Shown here: piece after piece, positions 1 through 10,323 of the stretch
How positions within the stretch are numbered: the stretch's first letter is position 1
How the letters are laid out: each line of letters opens with the position of its first letter
Assembly (NCBI RefSeq): GCF_000392435.1
Contig: NC_021219.1
Location: 900,001 to 932,000, forward strand
Direction: 5' to 3'
Origin: Candidatus Saccharimonas aalborgensis
GTDB lineage: Bacteria > Patescibacteriota > Saccharimonadia > Saccharimonadales > Saccharimonadaceae
DNA: 32,000 nucleotides
Notes under the pieces: model-generated
Seen by the model: the letters and a program-made list of their open reading frames with translations, nothing else
The model's database searches: none
Told to the model about the DNA's origin: nothing
Translations under genes and position numbers: made by a program

Positions 1-1168
1 TGAGATAGATAATTCTCTGTGGTCTCGAGGAAAGTAGTCTGGTGATGAGGTCTCGGTGGAGTCCTGTGCGGGGTGGATCTACGATAACGGTTGTGTGCGG
101 CTTAATGTAGTCGAGCGATTTTTCGCTCGGCGCAAGGACGGCTTTGGCATTGCTCTCTAGGCGTTCAATGTTCCGTTTCATTTCTCTAACGGCATTTTCA
201 TCAATCTCGATCAATGTACACTCGTTACCACCTATCGTAAGCCCGATGGTACCGACCCCACTATAGAGATCGATCGTCTGTGTGTCAGCAACGACCCATC
301 GCTTTAGGTCATGGAGCACTTGTTCGTAAACAGGAAGATTTATTTGGAAAAAACTCTCCGCGGCGTAATTAAATGGAACGCCAAGGAGAATATCTGAGAG
401 AGCTATGTCTCCGTATTGAGCTAACCGTTTGGTAATACGACTGGCGGGGCTTTTGGGGTCGCTATAGATAAGCTCTCCGCCCTGAGCTGTTAGGTTTGAA
501 GCTTCCTTGGTGGTGATAATGTCTGGATTAACTTCTTTTAGATAAAGTTGCCAGACACACTGGCCTGATTGATCACAACGAATAAGAAGAGTTTTGAGCT
601 GACGTGCTGTCACTTTCTTGGCACGTAAAAGATCGCGAATCTCTTTTGCGAGTTTCATCATTGAATCGGGTATGAGTGAGCACTCCTCGATCGTGATTTT
701 ACCTTTTGAGCCGCGTCTAAAGAATGCTAGATCAAGTGTTTCATCTCCGTCTTTATCACAGTCACTGTACCAGCTGAACTCGACTTTATTGCGATAGTGA
801 TCGATATGTCCGTCACTATACATTTCGATAGGATTTGGGAGGACTATGTCATGTAGCTCAAATGCTTCTTCAACCAATGCGGCTTTGTAATGTTGCTCGG
901 CCGAGAATTTCATGAATTGCCATGGGCTAGTACTAAGATAACTATCGGGGTCCGCTGGTGAAATACGTTCAGTCGAGGGCGTTTTAATCTCTGAGACAAC
1001 TCCTTCGACAAAACGAGATTTCTTTTTTGTGATCCGAAACGCAACAGTTTCACCAGGGAGCCCGCCCCACACGAGTGCTTTGCGCCCGTCATCGAGCGTG
1101 CCAAGTGCCTGTCCCCCACCGATGATAGTATCGAGCAGGACGGTGTAGTAGAGAGCAGGTTTTGTCAT
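1..1168 (-). CDS. 23S rRNA/tRNA (uracil-5-)-methyltransferase, TrmA/RlmD (RumA) family; 3' end truncated by window edge
   Basis: Manual reading of the minus strand from ATG at 1168 gives MTKPALYYTVLLDTIIGGGQALGTLDDGRKALVWGGLPGETVAFRITKKKS..., later ...AAESFFQINLPVYEQVL..., LYSGVGTIGLTI and VDPPRTG, which are hallmark motifs of TrmA/RumA enzymes. Not listed in the ORF track, probably because it is truncated. Confidence 0.88.
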   Translation of the reverse strand, partial: MTKPALYYTVLLDTIIGGGQALGTLDDGRKALVWGGLPGETVAFRITKKKSRFVEGVVSEIKTPSTERISPADPDSYLSTSPWQFMKFSAEQHYKAALVEEAFELHDIVLPNPIEMYSDGHIDHYRNKVEFSWYSDCDKDGDETLDLAFFRRGSKGKITIEECSLIPDSMMKLAKEIRDLLRAKKVTARQLKTLLIRCDQSGQCVWQLYLKEVNPDIITTKEASNLTAQGGELIYSDPKSPASRITKRLAQYGDIALSDILLGVPFNYAAESFFQINLPVYEQVLHDLKRWVVADTQTIDLYSGVGTIGLTIGGNECTLIEIDENAVREMKRNIERLESNAKAVLAPSEKSLDYIKPHTTVIVDPPRTGLHRDLITRLLSSRPQRIIYL

Positions 1169-1177
1169 CTGTTTATT

Positions 1178-2566
1178 TTAGCGCGGAATAAACGAATAGA
1201 ACAGCACTAGGCTAGCTGCTGCCATCAAGATAAACGCGGCAAATACGCCCGCGTTGCTCCAGCGAGAGTTTTTGTATTCTCCCATAATGTCGGGATTGTT
1301 GCCAACGCGCCATATCATGTACAGAAGCGGAACCGATGCAACCGCGTTGAATACAGCAGTAAAGATCAACGCTTGAATAGGATCGATGCCGATGATATTT
1401 ATGAGCAGGCCTGCAAATGTGGCGAGGGCGATAATGCCATAAAAGCCATGCGCTTTTTTGAACTTGCGGTACAGCCCTTCTTTAATCCCGAGTGCTTCGC
1501 TGATGGCATAACTGGATGAGCCGGCCAGGACAGGTACGGCGAGCAGGCCGATGCCGATGATACCGACGCTAAAGAGCAGTTTGGCGACAAGGCCGGCATT
1601 TGGGAAGCCTTGCACGAGTGGCTCAAGTGCTGCTGCTGCGTCCTGGGCATTATTGATTTGACCGATATGTCCGTGCAGCGCTGCGGCACACGCAACAACA
1701 ATAAACCAGGCAGAAATGCTGGCCAAACTCATACCGGCGATATTGTCGAGGCGTATCTTGTGGATAAAACGTTTGCTGATATGCGGCTTAGCACCCGTCG
1801 AGAGGTTGCTAATGCGATGAGTCTCAACCTCATCCTCGACGACCTCGCCTGTATTCCAAAAGAAAAGATAGGGGCTAATAGTAGTGCCCAGGATACCAAC
1901 GATGATATAAATCGTATCTTTGTTTATCGTGACATTGGGGATGAAGGTGCTTTGAAACACTTCTCCCCAGTTCTGGACAACCATAAATGAGGTAACAGGA
2001 TAGGCAAATAGCGCGATAGCGAGCCACTTCAGTATTTTTGCATATTGCCGATACGGTACAAGGATTTGCAGCAGCACACAAAGCAGCGCAAAAAAGACAG
2101 CCAAGCCGATAAATGGTATCTCCGGAAAGAAGAGCTGCATCGTAGCGGACATTGCAGCGAGATCGCTTCCGATATTGACTGTATTTGCGATAACCACCAA
2201 GAATACTGCGGTATAGAGTACTTTTCGGCTGTAGTATTTCTTGAGGAGCGCGGCTAGCCCGTCACCGGTGACGGCTCCGATGCGAGCACAACTTTCTTGG
2301 ACGGCCAAAAGAAGCGGGTACATAATCGGGAATAGCCAAAGCAGTCCATATTTGTAGATGGTGCCAGCTTGACTATAAGTGGCAATACCGCTCGGATCAT
2401 CGTCGGCTGCGCCGGTCACTACCCCCGGCCCAAGCACCCGTACAAATCGACCAAAGCGGCTGTAATGACGGTTAGCACGCCTTAGATTTTCTTCGCGAGC
2501 GTTTGAGGCGGCACGTTGGTTGTGATTGCCAACAAGGTCGTGGATCCAGGTATAAAGATTTGCCAT
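1178..2566 (-). CDS. Nramp-family divalent metal transporter
   Basis: 462-aa multi-TM ORF; GPGVVTGAADDDPSGIATYSQAG is the Nramp TM1 DPGN-region variant, followed by typical TM segments. Confidence 0.88.
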   Translation of the reverse strand: MANLYTWIHDLVGNHNQRAASNAREENLRRANRHYSRFGRFVRVLGPGVVTGAADDDPSGIATYSQAGTIYKYGLLWLFPIMYPLLLAVQESCARIGAVTGDGLAALLKKYYSRKVLYTAVFLVVIANTVNIGSDLAAMSATMQLFFPEIPFIGLAVFFALLCVLLQILVPYRQYAKILKWLAIALFAYPVTSFMVVQNWGEVFQSTFIPNVTINKDTIYIIVGILGTTISPYLFFWNTGEVVEDEVETHRISNLSTGAKPHISKRFIHKIRLDNIAGMSLASISAWFIVVACAAALHGHIGQINNAQDAAAALEPLVQGFPNAGLVAKLLFSVGIIGIGLLAVPVLAGSSSYAISEALGIKEGLYRKFKKAHGFYGIIALATFAGLLINIIGIDPIQALIFTAVFNAVASVPLLYMIWRVGNNPDIMGEYKNSRWSNAGVFAAFILMAAASLVLFYSFIPR

Positions 2567-2623
2567 TTTTTGAGTTATACATTAAGTTGGTTATGCTCAT
2601 TGTAACACAGGCTACAGTGAGGA

Positions 2624-3889
2624 CTATAGGTATTTTTTTAAGTTGTTTGCCTGTGCGATGAGTTGGCTATTGGCAGATTTCTTCGCATACTGGCTCATAT
2701 GGTGGATAGTTTTTGAGTGGCGTGCGATCGTCTTTGTATCGAGATGTGTCCCAAGTTTGCTCTGCTCTGCAAAGAAAAGTGCCTCATAGCAACGACGAAT
2801 CATAGGCTCTGAACCCGCATGTTTAAACGCATCGATCGCTGCTTGATAACGGTGAGCATTGTAATGATAGGTTCCTTCAGAGATATAACTTTCCTTCACT
2901 AGTTCACTGCGTTTTGGGGCAAACTCAGCAAAGCGTCGTGCAGACTTGAAGTCGTTGTGGCGCATATAATAAATCGCACCATTATTTCCCACTACTCCGC
3001 GTAGGTGAATGTCGCGGCTTTGTTTGGCATATTCCAGTGCAGGCATAAATCGCTCGCGCTTCATAAGCATGGTGATAAGCGAGCTATAGGCAGCTTCGAG
3101 GTTGTGTTGTGTGAGGTGGCGTTCGTGGCTGAGGAGATGGGAAAATCGGGCTGCTTGCAAGAACTCTTTTGGTGAAACTTCATGCGTGGTGAGGTAGAGA
3201 TCACTGGTATCAAGTAGGTTGACGCTGACAATTTCCTCAACAGGGAGCAACCGAGCTTCTTTAGTATGCTGATAATTCGTAACGGTGCCATTGGTTGCTT
3301 CAATGTCAATACCGCCGTAGTGAAGTGCAACATGACCCGGGAACAATCGTACCTGAAGGTCGCTTACATCGAAGTATCGCGAGTAAAGGTAGATATAAAG
3401 CGTAACGATCTGGTTGCAGTCGCCGACGAGAGTGTCCTTGGATGGGTTTTGCAGAAGACGACCGAATGAACTGGACGCTTGATACACGTACAGTCCCCTT
3501 TCCGGGGAGAAATAATCGAGTAGCTGTTGGATGATGTTGAGACGCTCGGGGTCTGCTTTGCTCTGAGATACCGAAGCAATAGTGTGATGAGCGAGTAAAC
3601 TACTACCTGGATGAGCCTGACGGAACCTTTCGAAGTCTGCTGCTATGAGGTCGAGATTTGCATAGAGTTCACGGCGCTTTGATTTTTTGAGATAGCGATA
3701 GCCTTTGTAGGCATATTCAGTCCATAGATTGAGGGCAGCGATGTCGCGCTGGAGGAGTGACTTGAGACGAGCCCTCGTTTGGGCTTGATTATTATGTTCG
3801 GTCAGTGTTCCAAAAAATTGTCCGACCGACCGCTCGTGCTCGTTGGCGTAAGAGCTGAAGAAAAAATAGATGTTGCGCACAAGGCTCAT
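2624..3889 (-). CDS. Hypothetical repeat-containing protein, possible transglutaminase-like/TPR region
   Basis: 421-aa ORF abutting/overlapping the acetate kinase gene; central ...LYSRYFDVSDLQVRLFPGHVALHYGGIDIEATNG... and helical repeat-like C-terminus. Confidence 0.5.
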   Translation of the reverse strand: MSLVRNIYFFFSSYANEHERSVGQFFGTLTEHNNQAQTRARLKSLLQRDIAALNLWTEYAYKGYRYLKKSKRRELYANLDLIAADFERFRQAHPGSSLLAHHTIASVSQSKADPERLNIIQQLLDYFSPERGLYVYQASSSFGRLLQNPSKDTLVGDCNQIVTLYIYLYSRYFDVSDLQVRLFPGHVALHYGGIDIEATNGTVTNYQHTKEARLLPVEEIVSVNLLDTSDLYLTTHEVSPKEFLQAARFSHLLSHERHLTQHNLEAAYSSLITMLMKRERFMPALEYAKQSRDIHLRGVVGNNGAIYYMRHNDFKSARRFAEFAPKRSELVKESYISEGTYHYNAHRYQAAIDAFKHAGSEPMIRRCYEALFFAEQSKLGTHLDTKTIARHSKTIHHMSQYAKKSANSQLIAQANNLKKYL

Positions 3890-5070
3890 AGCGTTACTGT
3901 ACGCGTCAGTGTCTGCGCATGTTTTGCGATTTCAAGCGATTCGTTGGCGGGAATAACAATGATGGGACGCGACTTTGCGGCTTGGCTAACACTTGTTAGT
4001 TTTTCGGGCGAGGTACAAGCATCATTGAGATCGCCATCGAGGATAAAATCGATAAACTCAAGGTGCGCGACGATTCGTTTACGTATGACAGCCGAACGCT
4101 CCCCCACTGTGCCCGTAAACACCAGCAGGTCACAGCCATTAAGAGCGACAATCATACTTCCTATCGCCTTATGTAGACTATGGATCAACGTATCAAGTGC
4201 GAGGTGAGCCATGTGGTTGCCATCGGCCTCACGCGAGATCAGCTCGCGAATATCGTTACTCCCAGAAAGCCCGAGGAGCCCTGCCTGCCTATTGAGGTAT
4301 TCCTCAATTTTGTCGTCATTCATTTGCAAGTTTTTTTTGAGAGCTTTGACCGCTCCAAAATCAATCGAGCCACTGCGAGAGGCCATGATGACACCTTCGA
4401 GTGGGGAGTACCCCATTGATGTGTCGATACTACGACCGTGAAACACCCCTGTCACCGACGAGCCGCTACCAAGATGGCAGACGACGACCTTCGGTGGCAA
4501 CTTGCCACGATCCCAGAGTGCATCGATTGCCGCGGCTACTGATAGTCCGTGGTAGCCAAATCGTTTGATGTCAAATTGATCAGCATCATGAATGGCGATA
4601 CCGTAGTTCCACGCATAATTTGGCTTAGTCGCATGAAAGGCACTATCGCTCACACCCACGACAGTAGCCTCGGGGTATGCTTCGCGTAAGCGACGGAGTT
4701 CCTCAAGCGACGCGTCGACATGAAGAGGTGCGTGTTCACGAACCTCCTGAAGTTTGGCGACCACCTCGTCGTTGATAATGTGGTCACTCATAAAATAACT
4801 ACTGGGCGCGACAATGCGGAGGCCAATTGTCGCAATCGTTTCATTTTCCTCAATACTATGATGGTAGCGAAAGATGGTAGTGAGATGTGACGCCGACTCG
4901 GCTAGATCACTATACTCGAGAGGCACATTTGTTGTTGTTTGATGATGGTGCAGTGTCGCGGCGAGGCGCTCACCGACCGTCTCGATATGAAGTTCAGCAC
5001 GAAGCTGGAGGGTGTCGTCATAAAGGGCGTATTTTCGACTTGAGCTGCCGGGATTAGCAACGAGGATCAT
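3886..5070 (-). CDS. ackA: Acetate kinase
   Basis: 394-aa ORF; NPGSSSRKYALY, HLGSGSSVTGVFHGRSIDTSMGYSPLEGVIMASRSGSID, FTGTVGERSAVIR. Confidence 0.95.
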   Translation of the reverse strand: MILVANPGSSSRKYALYDDTLQLRAELHIETVGERLAATLHHHQTTTNVPLEYSDLAESASHLTTIFRYHHSIEENETIATIGLRIVAPSSYFMSDHIINDEVVAKLQEVREHAPLHVDASLEELRRLREAYPEATVVGVSDSAFHATKPNYAWNYGIAIHDADQFDIKRFGYHGLSVAAAIDALWDRGKLPPKVVVCHLGSGSSVTGVFHGRSIDTSMGYSPLEGVIMASRSGSIDFGAVKALKKNLQMNDDKIEEYLNRQAGLLGLSGSNDIRELISREADGNHMAHLALDTLIHSLHKAIGSMIVALNGCDLLVFTGTVGERSAVIRKRIVAHLEFIDFILDGDLNDACTSPEKLTSVSQAAKSRPIIVIPANESLEIAKHAQTLTRTVTL

Positions 5071-5084
5071 AGAGTGTCTGCCCT

Positions 5085-7532
5085 CTAGTTAGTTTGACCA
5101 TGCCAGGCTTCTTCCTCCGTCTTGACAAGGCCACGTGCTGCGGGCCACACCCACGCATCAAGTTCCGGCAGGTCGATACCATTGGCTTTGATGTATTCAG
5201 TATTTTCGTCGATCTTTGCTTTGTATTTTGCGGCGAGATGCTCGGCTTCTTCAAATGGCATCACACCATCGTGGCCTAATTGTTTGAAAGCAGCAATCAC
5301 CAGGTCGTAGCGACTGGTCTCATTTCGGACGTGCATGTCAAATGGCGTAGTTGTGCTGCCAATCTCTTTGTAACCGCGGACGTCAAATCGTGTCGAATCA
5401 ACCGCGTAATTAAAGAGTACCGACTTGATAGTTTGAGGATAGCCATGGAAGTTGAAGATTACTGGTTTGTCCTCGGTAAAGATATGATCAAACAGTTTTT
5501 GGTCGGCGGTGTTGTTGAGTGTCCCAAATCCCATAGTGGTGAGACTACTGACATTGACACAGCGCAGTCGCACCTCGGGGCGTTCAGTTTTGATGATATC
5601 GATGGCGGCCATAATCTCTTTTGTTGGGTAATCACCTGCTGCGGCCATGACGAGATCGGGATTATCATCTGATGCGAAGTCCCACACTAGCACTCCTTGA
5701 TCGATTTGTTCGCGAGCTTTATTTACGTCAAGCCAGCGTGGCTCGACGGTTTTGCCGGCGACAATAGCATTGATCTGACGCACGCTCGTGAGCATTTTCT
5801 CGATGACAACAAGCGAGCAGTTACCATCTGCCGGGAAATAAACATCGCTGAAATTGCTTTGGCGACGGAGTAGGTCGTCGATAAAGCCAGGGTTTTGGTG
5901 GCTAAAGCCGTTGTGATCCTGGCGCCATCCACTACTTGTGAGGATATAGTTGATGCTTGGAATCGTCCCTCGCCAGGAAACACCGCGGCTCTGCGTCAAA
6001 AACTTGGCGTACTGATCGACCATACTACTCACTACTTGCAAAAATGCTTCATAACTGGCAAACATAGCATGACGGCCGGTCAATACATAGCCCTGCATGA
6101 GTCCTTGCATATTGTGTTCGGAGAGCATTTCCATGACTCGACCATCTTGGGAAAGATCCTTATCCCAGTCGCGCAGCGGCCATTGCCAGCTACGAGAAGT
6201 TGCTTTGAATATATCGTCAAGCTTATTGCTATACGTTTCGTCTGGAGACATAAATCGAAAGTTCTTCGTCTCGGCATTGAGGCGAAATACCTCCTCGAGA
6301 TAGAGGCCGGTACGGCGCATCGAGCTACTGCCCATCGTACCTGGTACGGTGGCGTCTTCGGCAAATTGCTCGACAGATGGAAGTCGGAGTGGTGTGTACA
6401 CACTGTCGCCGCCATGAGCATGCCGGCTTCTGCCCATGCGTTTCTCTGGATTTTCTGGCAAAATATCACCTACGAAGCTACCAAAGCCCTGCTCTTCACT
6501 AAATAGTTCGCTAAACTTGTAGCCACCCAACCACTCGTTGAGCATAGCTAGTTGGTGTTCGTCGGTTTTTGCTTCGGTCAGAACTACCTGGTGCGCTAGG
6601 CAGTTTCCCTCGATCTTATCCCCATCAAGTTCTTTTGGCCCTGTCCAGCCCTTGAGGGTACGCATGATAAGCATTGGCAGACGCGGGCAAACGGTGTCTT
6701 GAGAGACTTTTAGCTCCTCGATGGTCGTATGAGCCCAATCGAGTGCTTCTGCCATACGATCATGGGCTTCGTTTTCGTCGCAGTCGGTGGTATCGACAAT
6801 CCGCGGTTCATAGCCATAGCCGCTAAAGAGCGTCATCAATTCGTAATTGCTCATGCGGCCATAGATAGTTGGTTGAGAAATCTTATAGCCATTGAGGTGA
6901 AGAATTGGCAAGACCACACCGTCTTTGCGCGGATTGACGAGTTTATTGAGATGCCACGCACCGGCAGTTGGACCCGTCTCGGCTTCGCCATCTCCGACAA
7001 GACAGGCAACGATCAGGCCGGGATTATCGAGGATAGCGCCATAGCTGGTACTTAGACTATACCCCAGCTCACCTCCTTCGAGGATAACCCCGGGGGTCTC
7101 GGGATTTGAGTGACTTGGGTAGCCGTACGGCCAACTAAACTCACGGCACAGACGACGGATGCCATCGAGATTGACTGGAAGCGAGGGGTCAAAATGAGTT
7201 AGCGTCCCCTCGAGGAAGAGATTTGCCTGAAGCGCAGGGAATCCATGCCCTGGACCGAGGACAAACATCATGTCTTGGTCGTATTTTTTTGCAAAACGAC
7301 TGAGGTGCGCATAAGCAAAGTTGATGCCTGGCCCACTACCCCAGTGTCCAAGAAGTCGGCTCTTGACGTCATCAAACGTTAGCTCACGCTTCATAAGGTG
7401 GTTATCTGCTAAAAAAATTTGAGCGACTGTCAAATAATTGACAGCACGCAAATATTGGCCCATTGAGTGTTTTTCGTGATTATTCATGCTAATGCTTAGT
7501 ATACACTGTATTGCTAGTAGTTGAAAATACAT
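5085..7532 (-). CDS. xfp: Xylulose-5-phosphate/fructose-6-phosphate phosphoketolase
   Basis: 815-aa ORF; YLTVAQIFLADNHLM, HWGSGPGINFAYAHL, GDGEAETGPTAGAWHLNKLVNP, DGHNGFSHQNPG-type ThDP enzyme motifs. Confidence 0.96.
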   Translation of the reverse strand: MYFQLLAIQCILSISMNNHEKHSMGQYLRAVNYLTVAQIFLADNHLMKRELTFDDVKSRLLGHWGSGPGINFAYAHLSRFAKKYDQDMMFVLGPGHGFPALQANLFLEGTLTHFDPSLPVNLDGIRRLCREFSWPYGYPSHSNPETPGVILEGGELGYSLSTSYGAILDNPGLIVACLVGDGEAETGPTAGAWHLNKLVNPRKDGVVLPILHLNGYKISQPTIYGRMSNYELMTLFSGYGYEPRIVDTTDCDENEAHDRMAEALDWAHTTIEELKVSQDTVCPRLPMLIMRTLKGWTGPKELDGDKIEGNCLAHQVVLTEAKTDEHQLAMLNEWLGGYKFSELFSEEQGFGSFVGDILPENPEKRMGRSRHAHGGDSVYTPLRLPSVEQFAEDATVPGTMGSSSMRRTGLYLEEVFRLNAETKNFRFMSPDETYSNKLDDIFKATSRSWQWPLRDWDKDLSQDGRVMEMLSEHNMQGLMQGYVLTGRHAMFASYEAFLQVVSSMVDQYAKFLTQSRGVSWRGTIPSINYILTSSGWRQDHNGFSHQNPGFIDDLLRRQSNFSDVYFPADGNCSLVVIEKMLTSVRQINAIVAGKTVEPRWLDVNKAREQIDQGVLVWDFASDDNPDLVMAAAGDYPTKEIMAAIDIIKTERPEVRLRCVNVSSLTTMGFGTLNNTADQKLFDHIFTEDKPVIFNFHGYPQTIKSVLFNYAVDSTRFDVRGYKEIGSTTTPFDMHVRNETSRYDLVIAAFKQLGHDGVMPFEEAEHLAAKYKAKIDENTEYIKANGIDLPELDAWVWPAARGLVKTEEEAWHGQTN

Positions 7533-7580
7533 AAAAAGCGTATACTAAATACATAGTAGCGATACGTGAGGAGGTAGTGT

Positions 7581-7985
7581 ATGGTAAGCATCAAGTCTAT
7601 CGAGGGAATCGGACCAGCGTATCAGGAAAAACTCTTGTCGATCGGTATACGCACCACAGATCAATTACTTGAAGCCGGTGCCACCTCTACTGGTCGTATG
7701 CGTATTGCCGATGAGGCCCACCTCTCTGAAACACAGGTAAAAGAATGGGTTCATCGGGCTGATCTCCTGCGCATTCACGGCATTAGCCATGAAGTCGCTG
7801 ATCTTTTAGCGCGTGTTGGCGCTTGTACTGTTCCCAAACTTGCCTATCGTCAAGCGATGTCGCTACACGATGATTTGGTTAGCTACAACGCCGCACATCA
7901 CGTTGCCAAACACGTTCCGACGGTTGGTGAGGTTGAGGCTATCTTGAAGGCAGCGAAGCGATTGCCAAAGATGATTCACCATTGA
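7581..7985 (+). CDS. Helix-hairpin-helix DUF4332-like protein
   Basis: 134-aa ORF: SIEGIGPAYQEKLLSIGIRTTDQLLEAGATSTGR..., preceded by SD-like GAGGAGG. Confidence 0.75.
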   Translation: MVSIKSIEGIGPAYQEKLLSIGIRTTDQLLEAGATSTGRMRIADEAHLSETQVKEWVHRADLLRIHGISHEVADLLARVGACTVPKLAYRQAMSLHDDLVSYNAAHHVAKHVPTVGEVEAILKAAKRLPKMIHH

Positions 7986-8013
7986 AAAGTAAATGATAAC
8001 CTAGAGGAGTAAT

Positions 8014-8595
8014 ATGGATTTACAAGCGCGTATCACGGACCTTATTAAAGGAAATATCAGCGATTCTATCAGTCGATCAACGGGGGTAAGCCAACCGGAT
8101 GTTGAGCGCGTTATCACCGCGGGATTACCGATGATCATTGGACAAATGGGCAATAACGCCAGCTCACCCGAGGGTGCGACTGCCCTTGACGCGGCAATCG
8201 GCAAAGACCATGCTGGTGGTTCACTCCTCGATAGCCTCGGTTCTCTCTTTGAGACGCCAACAACCCAGCAAGATGGGAGCAAGATCCTCGACCATGTATT
8301 GGGAGCAAATAGTACTGTAGTCACAAATCGATTGTCGAAGCAAACAGGGGTAGATCCGGCAGCCGTGATGAAGATATTGGCCTTCGCGGCACCGCTTATC
8401 ATGGCATTTCTAGGGCGCGAGAAACAATCACAAAACCTCGATGCTGGCGGCATAGCGGACATCTTGAAGGGTCAGCGAACACCAAATGGTAGCCTTCTAA
8501 CTGAGCTTGCTTCGACCGTGCTGACTGCTTCAGGATCAAAAAAATCCGGCGGTTTGCTCGGATCGTTATTGAACGGCTTATTTGGTCGGCGATAG
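8014..8595 (+). CDS. DUF937-family protein
   Basis: 193-aa ORF (ISRSTGVSQPDVERVITAGLPMIIGQMGNNAS..., AAPLIMAFLGREKQ, GSLLGSLLNGLFGRR); preceded by AGAGGAG. Confidence 0.75.
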   Translation: MDLQARITDLIKGNISDSISRSTGVSQPDVERVITAGLPMIIGQMGNNASSPEGATALDAAIGKDHAGGSLLDSLGSLFETPTTQQDGSKILDHVLGANSTVVTNRLSKQTGVDPAAVMKILAFAAPLIMAFLGREKQSQNLDAGGIADILKGQRTPNGSLLTELASTVLTASGSKKSGGLLGSLLNGLFGRR

Positions 8596-8999
8596 TGTAT
8601 CGCGACTACTGTTCATCTGCTGGAGATGGTTTAGAAAAAGTTTCAACTGCGACAAATGCAATATGACCAAGCGGTAGACCGCCGCGTGTTTGCTGAACCT
8701 CGCTCGTACCCACTCTTGGATAAATAAACACATCTGGTGAACCTTCACACTGAACTGGCTGTCGCGTGTGGTCGATAGGATCGCCATGAATTGATTTTGG
8801 GGTATGCATTTCAGACATAAGTATAGACATCATACACTAAATCGTTGATACTGTCAATGCCTATGCTGTTCCGTCTAAATCTCACCACCTCCCCACTCCG
8901 AACACCGGCCCGCCGCTAACTGATTAGCCTTCGCCTTGGCGGGCCTTGGCCCATCAGGGCCAACTGTTCGTCGGAGAAGATGGTGCGATTTAGGTTATC

Positions 9000-9572
9000 C
9001 TACGGCTGGCGACCAATTTCGTAAGAACAAATATGAAAATTATTTGGGGCAGTTGTGTTGGTGACGATTGCATACCCCCCGATCGTACTCGGGCACGTGC
9101 CTTTGTCGCTAATGACCATATCGATCCGGACACTTTTGCTATCTGATCCACCCGTAGGGTTAAAATATGCGCCCCGATACCAATCATTTGGACTACTTAC
9201 GATGGCGGTTTGCATAGCTGGGGTGGGTTCACTACTCATATAGGGGCTCAGTGCCGTACTAAATGTACTATCACGAACAATTCCAGTGCTAGCTGATGAT
9301 TGCCTACATTGGTAGCCGGACATGTCAGCCTCACTCACACCATATTTATAATTAGTTCCAAGACAGCTCGTCATTGAGGGGAAACTGCCATTTCGAGCTT
9401 TGTACATCTGGATGGCTTTTACCCACTGGTTGACAGCAGTAGCTGTTTGACTATCGCGCGCTCTTGCCGAGGCAGTGCTGTATGACACGACACCAATAGT
9501 GGCAAGAATGACAATGATCACGATCACGATGACGAGTTCGACAATGGTAAATCCGCTTTTGCTTTTTGTCAT
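9000..9572 (-). CDS. Type IV pilin-like/pseudopilin protein
   Basis: KSGFTIVELVIVIVIIVILATIGVVSYSTASARARDSQTATAVNQW prepilin leader/N-terminal helix. Confidence 0.88.
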   Translation of the reverse strand: MTKSKSGFTIVELVIVIVIIVILATIGVVSYSTASARARDSQTATAVNQWVKAIQMYKARNGSFPSMTSCLGTNYKYGVSEADMSGYQCRQSSASTGIVRDSTFSTALSPYMSSEPTPAMQTAIVSSPNDWYRGAYFNPTGGSDSKSVRIDMVISDKGTCPSTIGGYAIVTNTTAPNNFHICSYEIGRQP

Positions 9573-9609
9573 AGCATCAGTATAGACAGGTACGCAGTAT
9601 AATAAAAGG

Positions 9610-10323
9610 GTGAAACGTCTTGTAAAGAGTCATCAGCAACACTTTTTGAAGTATACGGGTCTCATCGCTGAGCTTATTGGTCATAGCACTATCCGTCCTC
9701 GTGATACGGTGGTTGATATCGGTGCGGGCAGCGGCGCGATTACTGCGGTCTTGGCACGTCGAGTGCACCAAGTTATTGCTTATGAGAACGAACCTGCAGC
9801 GGCAAAAAAACTCCGAAACAATATGCGGCAATTTAAAAATGTTGAGGTTATCGAGGAAGATTTTTTGAAAAGCTCTCTCCCGACCGTGCCTTATAAGGTA
9901 TTCGCAAATATTCCATTTTCCCAAAGTTCAGCCATTGTGCGTCGGCTCACCGAGGCACAGGTGGCTCCACGCGCAATTTATTTGATTGTCCAAAAACAAT
10001 TTGCGCGCAAACTCCTTGTCGAGAGTGACTATTTTCATGGCGCACTTGGTATTTCCATCGCGCCGTGGTGGCAGGCGCGGATTCGACGGCCCCTACGACG
10101 TACTGACTTCACCCCTCCGCCAGCAGTTGATACGGTGTTGCTTGAACTAAAACCACGAGAACCCGCTCTGCTGCCTCTGGAACAACGGGCTGATTTTATG
10201 AAGTTTATTGAGCAGTGTTACGCCGACCCACGGTACTATCAAAAAATCGGTGCACCTAAAGACAAGAAGCCGTCTCGCGTTAACGCTAGGCAGTGGGTAA
10301 ACTTATTTCAAAAAGCTATGTAG
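9610..10323 (+). CDS. rRNA adenine N6-dimethyltransferase family protein (Erm/KsgA-like)
   Basis: 237-aa ORF; SHQQHFLKY, DTVVDIGAGSGAITAVLARRVHQVIAYENE, VEVIEEDFLKS, FANIPFSQSSAIVRRL. The NIPF motif is closer to the Erm group than to NLPY of KsgA. Confidence 0.85.
   Translation: MKRLVKSHQQHFLKYTGLIAELIGHSTIRPRDTVVDIGAGSGAITAVLARRVHQVIAYENEPAAAKKLRNNMRQFKNVEVIEEDFLKSSLPTVPYKVFANIPFSQSSAIVRRLTEAQVAPRAIYLIVQKQFARKLLVESDYFHGALGISIAPWWQARIRRPLRRTDFTPPPAVDTVLLELKPREPALLPLEQRADFMKFIEQCYADPRYYQKIGAPKDKKPSRVNARQWVNLFQKAM

Noticed and set aside
1399-2257. ORFs of 100, 126, 68 and 70 aa overlapping the Nramp gene
   Set aside because: Overlapping-strand or out-of-frame shadows of a strongly supported CDS.
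5094-7055. Multiple plus-strand and other-frame ORFs (up to 203 aa) within phosphoketolase
   Set aside because: Shadow ORFs overlapping a canonical enzyme, with no recognisable motifs of their own.
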